DNA from: Phaeovulum sp.
Lineage (GTDB): Bacteria; Pseudomonadota; Alphaproteobacteria; Rhodobacterales; Rhodobacteraceae
Assembly: GCF_041596715.1 (NCBI RefSeq)
Contig: NZ_JBFHIA010000001.1
Span: forward strand, 1 to 50,810
Direction: 5' to 3'
DNA length: 50,810 nucleotides
The position numbers and the translations under genes were made by a program. A model generated the notes under the pieces. That model was not told the origin of the DNA. It did not search any database and worked only from the letters and a program-made list of their open reading frames with translations. Numbering within the stretch: position 1 is the first letter of the stretch; the number at the start of each line of letters is the position of its first letter. Shown piece by piece: positions 20,401 to 26,708 of the stretch.

Positions 20401-20752
20401 CCAGCCGAATATCCGCCTTCTCGCGGAGCCACTTCGCACATTCCTTGGCGACCTGCGTCTGATTGAGCTGGTTCTTGAAGCGCAGCTCAAACTCGTCACC
20501 CGCTAGCGCCGTGAAGCGTGGCGTGCTTTCTGCATTATCCTGATCGGGACAGAGAAGGAGGCGCGCACCCTCGACGGACCGCAATTCCTTCTTGAGCGTT
20601 TCGAAGCCGTAGATGGAAAAGAGCGCCGATACGACGGAGAGCTTTGTGCCGTCCGTGAGGTATTTCCGCAACTCGTCGCCCACTTTCCCATTTTTCTTAT
20701 TATCCAGGATCATGGGTTTCCAACTTTTTCCCTGTTCCCTGGGCCTCGACAT
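17495..20752 (-). CDS. SNF2-family helicase with N-terminal PLD-like (apparently HKD-less) domain
   Basis: [75 protein letters not shown]. N-terminus [28 protein letters not shown] resembles PLD-type nuclease domains. An alternative start is at 20713. Confidence 0.88.
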   Translation of the reverse strand: [1085 protein letters not shown]

Positions 20753-20870
20753 AGCGGCGCATGAAGTCGCGGAGGACCTGCGCCGCAGGCTTATCCTCGG
20801 CGCGACAGGCCTGAAGGAAGCGCTCGCGCAGCTCCCGATCGATCCGAATTCGTAACCCAGCGTCTTTCAT
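20700..20870 (-). CDS. Ribbon-helix-helix (CopG/Arc-like) protein, candidate operon controller
   Basis: MKDAGLRIRIDRELRERFLQACRAEDKPAAQVLRDFMRRYV has a beta-strand/helix/helix pattern. Its 3' end overlaps the helicase start. Confidence 0.6.
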   Translation of the reverse strand: MKDAGLRIRIDRELRERFLQACRAEDKPAAQVLRDFMRRYVEAQGTGKKLETHDPG

Positions 20871-21183
20871 GGCGAGGAGTGTAGCCAATGGATACACCTC
20901 ATTCCAGCACAATCAACGGCGGTTGAGCTGCCTATGCCTGGTTCGTCCGGAGCCGTCCGTCGCCTTCACCAGCTGACGGGCGACGGCGGAGCCGGCGAAG
21001 CCAAGCCCATCCAGTTACTCCGCGCGAAGGATCGTCACCCGCTTGGGCCGAGACTCTGAAAAGCCCGGCGAGGCAGGCGCTCGGGACTTGGCCTAGAGCC
21101 TGACCCGCCGCTCTGCAGGCGGGGCGACCGATAGGAATACGTCCTCCTTGGCGCCCTAACCGACGATAGGCTATGTTCTATAT

Positions 21184-21501
21184 ATGTTCTCAAGCAATCG
21201 AACGGACAAAATCGCCTATTTCGGCGTCTGGGCCGATAGCGCCCGAGACCGCTCTTACCTGAAGGAGGCCCTGCGCATCTGCGGCGCAGCGGTCGAGCGT
21301 TGCGTCGAACAAGACCTGCGCACCTGCCAAGAGACTCAAGCCGCCCTGAACTGGCTGGCTGGGAACGGTCACAGGAGCGCCGTTGTCAAGTTCCGCCGCG
21401 CCCTTACGCTCCATAATCCTTTGGACAGAGAAGCGGCCGTCTCTCAGGCACTTGCTTATCTCGCCCGCCAAGCCTCTCGACAAAGCCGCCCAACCACATG
21501 A
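21184..21501 (+). CDS. Hypothetical protein
   Basis: 105-aa ORF with GC-rich third positions. No SD and no recognisable motif. Confidence 0.3.
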   Translation: MFSSNRTDKIAYFGVWADSARDRSYLKEALRICGAAVERCVEQDLRTCQETQAALNWLAGNGHRSAVVKFRRALTLHNPLDREAAVSQALAYLARQASRQSRPTT

Positions 21502-21506
21502 CCGTG

Positions 21507-21603
21507 ATACGCACTCGCGTATAGCATGCCTTTATACGCGCTCACGTATATTTTCGTTTCATACGCGAACACGTATATTGACCTTTAATACGCACTCGCG
21601 TAT
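21507..21603. promoter_or_regulatory. Four phased palindromic operators upstream of hipB
   Basis: ATACGC-N4-(G/A)CGTAT at 21507, 21534, 21561 and 21588, exactly 27 bp apart. Copies 1 and 4 are identical (ATACGCACTCGCGTAT). Confidence 0.75.
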
Positions 21604-21606
21604 ATT
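21578..21606 (+). promoter_or_regulatory. Sigma70-like hipBA promoter
   Basis: TTGACC (21578-21583), 17-nt spacer, TATATT (21601-21606). Operator 4 fills the spacer. Confidence 0.55.
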
Positions 21607-21624
21607 TGCATCATGGAGGCTGCC

Positions 21625-21879
21625 ATGACTGACCAGATTGCCCGCAACGAAAAACAGCTCGGCGCTATTCTGCGTCGTGCCCGCAAACAAGCCGGCTTTA
21701 CACAAGGCGCGCTCGGCGACCATATCCACCTGCGCCAAGGTACAGTCTCCCGCCTGGAGGCCGGGGAGCCCGCCGTCCAGCTGCGCACGCTGATGGCGGC
21801 CTTGTCCGCCCTCGACCTTGAACTCGTGGTCCGCAAGCGCAGCAAAACCAGCGCTGCCGACATCGAGGACATGTTCTGA
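21625..21879 (+). CDS. hipB: HipB-like XRE-family antitoxin
   Basis: HTH LRRARKQAGFTQGALGDHIHLRQGTVSRLEAG. GGAGG lies 5 nt before the ATG at 21625; the track ORF starts at 21613. Confidence 0.85.
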   Translation: MTDQIARNEKQLGAILRRARKQAGFTQGALGDHIHLRQGTVSRLEAGEPAVQLRTLMAALSALDLELVVRKRSKTSAADIEDMF

Positions 21880-23207
21880 TGGCACGCCGTCGGGCGCACG
21901 CGCCCCTCAATGTCTTCATGAACGGTCGCCTCGTGGGAACCCTACGCCGCGAATCCACCGGCGCGATCGACTTTCAATATGCACGCGAATGGCTTGCCTG
22001 GGAGAATACCTTTCCGGTTTCGCTCTCTCTGCCTTTGCGCGAAGATCGCTATATCGGCGCGCCCGTCATCAACGTCTTCGATAACCTCCTCCCGGATAGC
22101 GACGCTATCCGCAAGCGCGTCGCCGAACGCGTCGGCGCGGGCGGCACGGACGCCTACAGCTTGCTCACCGCTCTTGGTCATGACTGCGTCGGCGCGCTCC
22201 AGTTTCTCCCGGAAGGCATCAACCCCAGTAAGGCCGGCACAGCGGACGGCAAGCCCGTCTCCGACGACGAGATTGCCGCCATCATCAACAACCTCGTCAA
22301 CGCCCCTCTGGGGATGGGTGAGGATCAAGATTTTCGCATCTCGATTGCTGGCGCACAGGAAAAAACTGCCCTGCTGCGCAAGGACGGACAATGGTTCAAA
22401 CCTACAGGCACCACCGCCACCACCCATATCCTCAAGCCGCAGATCGGCCAGCTGCCGAACGGCATCGATCTCTCAAACAGCGTTGAGAACGAGTATCTTT
22501 GCCTGAAGCTGCTCGCCGCCCTCGGCATGCCGACCGCGCATACCGAGATTGCGGATTTTGGCAACCGCCGGACCCTCATCGTTGAACGCTTCGACCGCCG
22601 CTGGACGAATGACGGCCGCCTGCTGCGCCTGCCGCAGGAAGATATCTGCCAGGCTCTCTCCGTGCCGCCCACGCGCAAATACCAGTCCGATGGCGGACCG
22701 GGGATGCGTGACATCATCCAGCTCTTAAAGGGCAGCGACACACCGGACCAGGACATCGCCACCTTCATGCGTGCTTGTATTCTGTTCTGGATGCTGGGCG
22801 CCACTGATGGGCATGCGAAGAATTTCAGCATCACCCCGGGCCCTGGCGGACGCTTTCGCCTGACTCCTCTCTACGATGTTCTAACTGCACAACCGAGTCT
22901 CGACGCCGGCCAAATCCAGCAGAAGCAATTCAAGCTGGCCATGTCCGTCGGCAAGAACCGCCACTACCCCGTCGACAACATTGTGCCGCGTCATTTCATG
23001 CAAACAGCCGAGCTGGCGGGGGTCGGCTTACCGCTGATGCGAATGATCTTCGAAGACCTTGCCGCGAGCGCCGAAAAACAAACCGATGCCGTTTTAGACG
23101 CGCTGCCTACAGGGTTTCCCGATCAACTCGCTACGTCAGTCAGGGCAGCAGTCAAGAGCCGCACCCGACTTCTTGGCGATCTGTCTGAGGAGCCTGTAAA
23201 TGCATAA
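21879..23207 (+). CDS. hipA: HipA-family serine/threonine kinase toxin
   Basis: LNVFMNGRLVGTL, FDNLLPDS, ISIAGAQEKTAL, GATDGHAKNFSI catalytic loop, TPLYDVL. Start overlaps the hipB stop (TGATG). Confidence 0.93.
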   Translation: MARRRAHAPLNVFMNGRLVGTLRRESTGAIDFQYAREWLAWENTFPVSLSLPLREDRYIGAPVINVFDNLLPDSDAIRKRVAERVGAGGTDAYSLLTALGHDCVGALQFLPEGINPSKAGTADGKPVSDDEIAAIINNLVNAPLGMGEDQDFRISIAGAQEKTALLRKDGQWFKPTGTTATTHILKPQIGQLPNGIDLSNSVENEYLCLKLLAALGMPTAHTEIADFGNRRTLIVERFDRRWTNDGRLLRLPQEDICQALSVPPTRKYQSDGGPGMRDIIQLLKGSDTPDQDIATFMRACILFWMLGATDGHAKNFSITPGPGGRFRLTPLYDVLTAQPSLDAGQIQQKQFKLAMSVGKNRHYPVDNIVPRHFMQTAELAGVGLPLMRMIFEDLAASAEKQTDAVLDALPTGFPDQLATSVRAAVKSRTRLLGDLSEEPVNA

Positions 23208-23814
23208 TCCGGGACGCAGAATCGCTCTTCTCGGGTGGGGTTCGTTATTGTGGGACGAACGGCCCGATTTCGATGAATACCATGAGCCCTGGCAACTCGA
23301 CGGACCGGAGCTACCGCTGGAATTCAGCCGTGTCTCGTCCTCACGCAAAGGCGCGCTGACGCTCGTCGTCGACAATGTGAATGGCGCGCTTTGCCGCTGC
23401 GCCTACGCTCTTAGTAAACGCGGCGACCCCGTCGATGCCATTGCCGACTTACGCTCCCGGGAAGCGACTGTGATGCGGCACATGGGAATCTATTTCCGCG
23501 ACGGCACGCGGGAGGGAGAACCCGAGGTGCCAGCAACCATTCCGCCTTGGGCCAATCGGCTGGGTATTGACGTTGTGATTTGGACAGGCCTGCCCAGCAA
23601 CTTCGAGGAGGTGGTGGGAAGCCCATTCTCCGTCGAAAACGCAGTCCGGCATCTTAAAGAGCTGCCAGCCGAGACAATGACCGGCGCCGCGAAATATATC
23701 TGCCTGGCGCCGGCACTAGTAGACACGCCGCTGCGTCGCGCGCTCCAGGCCGAGTGGTGGTTCGTCAATCAATCCACCGCAGAGACCCCGGGCGCTCCTG
23801 TTCAAAGCGAATGA
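23200..23814 (+). CDS. ChaC/gamma-glutamylcyclotransferase-like protein, coupled to hipA
   Basis: IALLGWGSLLWDERPDF resembles the ChaC FGYGSLMWNP motif, and DLRSREAT resembles the ChaC LWxRE catalytic-Glu region. Start overlaps the hipA end by 8 nt. Confidence 0.55.
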   Translation: MHNPGRRIALLGWGSLLWDERPDFDEYHEPWQLDGPELPLEFSRVSSSRKGALTLVVDNVNGALCRCAYALSKRGDPVDAIADLRSREATVMRHMGIYFRDGTREGEPEVPATIPPWANRLGIDVVIWTGLPSNFEEVVGSPFSVENAVRHLKELPAETMTGAAKYICLAPALVDTPLRRALQAEWWFVNQSTAETPGAPVQSE

Positions 23815-23829
23815 GCAGAGAGACGTGCC

Positions 23830-24243
23830 TCATCGACCGAACCATCTGCCGATCTTCGTCGCAATAGCACCCACCATGCGGGCGAAGAAGCCCTGCGGCT
23901 GAGGGGCCATCGCCTCGACGTCACGTCGATCGCGAGATTTCACCGCCGCAATCCGCTCCGCCGACATTACTGCCGCCCACTGCACGCGGTTACCGCTGAT
24001 CCAATAGTGAGACCGGCAGGGAAAGCTCCAGCTGCCGACCGAAGGACTGAGGGATATGGCTCCGTCACTCTCAATAAGCCGCCACTTCGCAGGGTTCAGG
24101 GGCGTGACCACCTCCAGCCCACAGCCACAGCAGCACAGATGCGAGGCCGTCGAATATCGCTTAGAAATGTACAGGACGCCCGGCGCAAGATTTTCGGGAA
24201 TGAATTCTACAAATTCAGGTTTTATCTGGCCGAGCCGCGTCAT
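23830..24243 (-). CDS. Cys-rich small protein, DUF6527-like
   Basis: 137 aa with HLCCCGCGLEVV and FPCRSHYW Cys/His clusters. ATGA overlap with the E1 gene stop. Confidence 0.55.
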   Translation of the reverse strand: MTRLGQIKPEFVEFIPENLAPGVLYISKRYSTASHLCCCGCGLEVVTPLNPAKWRLIESDGAISLSPSVGSWSFPCRSHYWISGNRVQWAAVMSAERIAAVKSRDRRDVEAMAPQPQGFFARMVGAIATKIGRWFGR

Positions 24244-25415
24244 TTGCTGCCTTCATAAATTATACTGCCTGCAGCGATGCTGAACCCGGTGTAATGTTGT
24301 TCGCGCGTATCCTGATAGAAGCCAAACAGCTTTTTCCACTGGATGACCGCGATTGCCGCATTAAACGCGTTCAACTCGGCGATCTGGATGTTGCTGGCGT
24401 ACTCGTTCGCCCCACCATCCCCGTCCGCGTATGAGATATGCGGCGCCGCCTTCTCATGCGTCTTCGCTGTGCAAGTTGTCGCACGGACGATCCCGCCGAG
24501 CCGTCCTTCGACAAGCACGACGCCCATCCCTACCTCGACAAATGGAGTGTCGTTGGCAACGAGGCGTTCGACGATCTTCTCCTTGATCGGCCCGCGATCG
24601 GCGCAAAGGAAGATAAAGTCGAGGCCGTCCAGCAGGGGGAGGTTATCTTCATCCATATAGACGTCATGGGCGATAATGCCGTTCCGCATCTTCTCGTAGA
24701 TACCCCGGAAGTACGCGACCTTCGCAGGCTTGGTCGCTAGATCTTCCTGCCCCGGCGCGCCCGGGGATCGGAACGCGTTGTGTTGCGAGAAGACGTCGCC
24801 ATCGAATAGATGTAACTCCGCCACGGGCGTCTTGGCTACGAGGTCCAGGACATAGCTTCCAGTGCCACCAAGGCCGATGATTCCGATCTTCTGGCCGGCG
24901 ACCTTTTCGTTAACCGCACCGATGCCGGCCCGGCTCGTGGCCGTATCGACATACTTAAAGACCTCGCCGTCCCCGTCCGCGAGAATCGTTGGAAAGGTCT
25001 GCGCCGTGGCATTCGGATCAATCTTCGTCGCTTCGCCGGTGATGCGTCCGAGATAGGTAGTGATCTTATGGTGATAGTCGCGGTACTTCGCCTTGGCGGA
25101 AAAGGTGAAGTCGGCCTTAACGCCGCTGCCAAACTGCTGGGGTGCCGCGCCATTTTCGATGGACGCTATTTTCCGACCGTCGCTGTGGCACGGGTGTTCT
25201 CCAGTCCAGAACGCCCGGTGATCGCCGGGCGTTCTGGTGACGTCGTCGGACATTTCCAGGGTGGAGATAAGGATGCCGTCATAGCGGACGACAGCCTGGG
25301 ACGTGACATAGGGCACGTTACGAATGAGAAGGTATCCGCCCCAGATTTCGAGGTCGTAGCCTTCGTTCTGAAGGCGGAGCAAGTCCGCGCTACGAGCGAT
25401 TGGTCGGCGTGACAT
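24240..25415 (-). CDS. ThiF-family E1-like adenylyltransferase with a ~170-aa N-terminal extra domain
   Basis: KIGIIGLGGTGSYVLDLV Rossmann GxGxxG and DFIFLCADRGPIK. The N-terminal domain contains GEHPCHSDG. Confidence 0.85.
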   Translation of the reverse strand: MSRRPIARSADLLRLQNEGYDLEIWGGYLLIRNVPYVTSQAVVRYDGILISTLEMSDDVTRTPGDHRAFWTGEHPCHSDGRKIASIENGAAPQQFGSGVKADFTFSAKAKYRDYHHKITTYLGRITGEATKIDPNATAQTFPTILADGDGEVFKYVDTATSRAGIGAVNEKVAGQKIGIIGLGGTGSYVLDLVAKTPVAELHLFDGDVFSQHNAFRSPGAPGQEDLATKPAKVAYFRGIYEKMRNGIIAHDVYMDEDNLPLLDGLDFIFLCADRGPIKEKIVERLVANDTPFVEVGMGVVLVEGRLGGIVRATTCTAKTHEKAAPHISYADGDGGANEYASNIQIAELNAFNAAIAVIQWKKLFGFYQDTREQHYTGFSIAAGSIIYEGSK

Positions 25416-25668
25416 CGAACTCCATGCCCTCCTTGGCCTTTACGGATTGGCCCTCGACAAGAGAACCGGCCGGTTTATTGTCATTGCCGCGCGTGTACTG
25501 GATGGTGAACTGCACGCCGTCGCCGTTGGGCGGGTTTTCGAAAGCAAGCGCGATGACTTCCGCGAAGGTCAGGTCGTCGTTCTTGGGAACCGTCTTCTCG
25601 CGCCCGTTCACGACGATCGTCACGGTCTTCGGTTCGGGCTTGGGGTGTTCTTCAGGCTTGGCCATCAT
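25390..25668 (-). CDS. Ubiquitin-like beta-grasp protein (single multiubiquitin-type domain)
   Basis: TVTIVVNGREKTVPKNDDLTFAEVIALAF..GSLVEGQSVKAKEGMEFDV. AAGGA lies 5 nt before the ATG at 25668. The longer track ORF runs into the divergent promoter. Confidence 0.6.
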   Translation of the reverse strand: MMAKPEEHPKPEPKTVTIVVNGREKTVPKNDDLTFAEVIALAFENPPNGDGVQFTIQYTRGNDNKPAGSLVEGQSVKAKEGMEFDVTPTNRS

Positions 25669-25703
25669 TGATCCTTTCTGGCTAGAGCGCCGGTTGAGAG
25701 GCC

Positions 25704-25777
25704 GATTGCGAATCTGCAACTGGTTTGATAATATCAAGAGACCAAGTGAATTGCAAGTTCGCAATTGATTGCGAACT
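25704..25777. promoter_or_regulatory. Divergent overlapping promoters and palindromic operators between the Ubl operon and the XRE gene
   Basis: Plus strand: TTGCGA (25706) -17- TAATAT (25729). Minus strand: TTGCAA (25751-25756) -17- TATTAT (25733-25728). Palindromes: TTGATAATATCAA at 25725-25737 and AGTTCGCAAT-TG-ATTGCGAACT at 25756-25777. Confidence 0.5.
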
Positions 25778-25792
25778 CTCAACGGAGGGGAC

Positions 25793-26137
25793 ATGACCGA
25801 CAGGTTCGACAACGAGGCTTTTTTTGCGGCCCTTAACGCCGCGCGACTCAGCCGTCAGAAAACGTGGAAGGAGGTGGCGGCCGAAGCTGGCATTAATGCA
25901 TCCACCCTGACCCGCATGAGTCAGGGTGCTAAGCCAGATGTGAACGGGCTCGCGGCGCTTTTGGCGTGGTCGCATCTAAAGGCCGAGATGTTTATCAGGG
26001 GCACCGACGCGACCGAATCTGAGCCCATCGCCAGGATTACAGCGCTACTACGTGCCGACCCCAAACTAACTTCTGACAAAGCCAAGCTTATGGAAGATAT
26101 TGTCGTTAGCACTTACAACAGACTGAAGGATAGCTGA
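25793..26137 (+). CDS. XRE-family HTH regulator (CapH-like position)
   Basis: RLSRQKTWKEVAAEAGINASTLTRMSQGAKP HTH. GGAGGGG lies just before the ATG at 25793. Confidence 0.8.
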   Translation: MTDRFDNEAFFAALNAARLSRQKTWKEVAAEAGINASTLTRMSQGAKPDVNGLAALLAWSHLKAEMFIRGTDATESEPIARITALLRADPKLTSDKAKLMEDIVVSTYNRLKDS

Positions 26138-26138
26138 A

Positions 26139-26708
26139 TTGGGGTTTCGGCGGGGGTTCAAGGCGGAAGCAAACCGCATCGCACTGCGAGTTCGTCAACA
26201 GATGGACTTGGCGGCACATGCGCCGATTGATCCCGCCGCTGTCTGCGCTCATTTCGAGATAGAGCTAATCGACCTGAGCGAACTGGAACCCGACAGCCCT
26301 TTTCTTGGTAAGCATCAAGATGCCTTCTCCGCGGTCACCGTGCCGCGCGGCCTTGCCACTGCGATCGTCCATAATGACCGCCATCACCCGTACCGGCAGC
26401 GCAGCAACATCTGCCACGAGCTGGCCCATTGCTTTCTGGGCCATGAATATGCGGCCCCTCTTCTCGAGAACGGTGACCGCTCGCGCGATAGTGGCATCGA
26501 GGCGGAGGCAAATTTCCTTGCAGGGGTGTTGCTGATTACCAATGAAGCCGCCAATAAGATCATGCTCGATGGCCTGTATCATCAGGCCCAAAACCTCTAT
26601 GGAGTTAGCAAGCCGATGCTGGATTTCCGCTTGCGTGTGAGCGGCGCACAAACAATCCACCAGCGTCGCATGGGCAGTGCTCGGAGATCGTCACACGTGG
26701 GGTCCTGA
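26139..26708 (+). CDS. ImmA/IrrE-family zinc metallopeptidase (CapP-like position)
   Basis: HELAHCFLGH HEXXH motif. TTG start 2 nt after the XRE stop. Confidence 0.8.
   Translation: MGFRRGFKAEANRIALRVRQQMDLAAHAPIDPAAVCAHFEIELIDLSELEPDSPFLGKHQDAFSAVTVPRGLATAIVHNDRHHPYRQRSNICHELAHCFLGHEYAAPLLENGDRSRDSGIEAEANFLAGVLLITNEAANKIMLDGLYHQAQNLYGVSKPMLDFRLRVSGAQTIHQRRMGSARRSSHVGS

Noticed and set aside
9830-20870. Calling the SNF2 + methyltransferase operon BREX or DISARM.
   Set aside because: I can see no PglZ, BrxC/PglY, BrxL, DrmA or DrmB (DUF1998) equivalents. The Mod/Res pair has clear Type III motifs.
21184-21501. A third regulatory component of hipBA upstream of the operators.
   Set aside because: There is no recognisable motif and no SD. 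It is kept only as a low-confidence hypothetical CDS, with no functional link claimed.
21507-21603. A 27-bp periodic repeat considered as a mini CRISPR array.
   Set aside because: The repeats are 16-bp palindromes with 11-bp spacers, directly upstream of hipB and overlapping a promoter. No cas genes are present. They are operators.
25669-25812. The long N-terminal extension of the Ubl ORF (track ORF 25390..25812).
   Set aside because: The extension crosses the divergent promoter and the XRE start and has odd composition. The internal ATG at 25668 has a good SD.
23830-26708. A JAB/DUB peptidase or stand-alone E2 gene in the Ubl operon.
   Set aside because: No ORF of suitable size or motif exists between 23.8 and 26.7 kb. 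The only peptidase is the HEXXH ImmA/IrrE-type gene, which sits in a regulator-like position next to the XRE gene.
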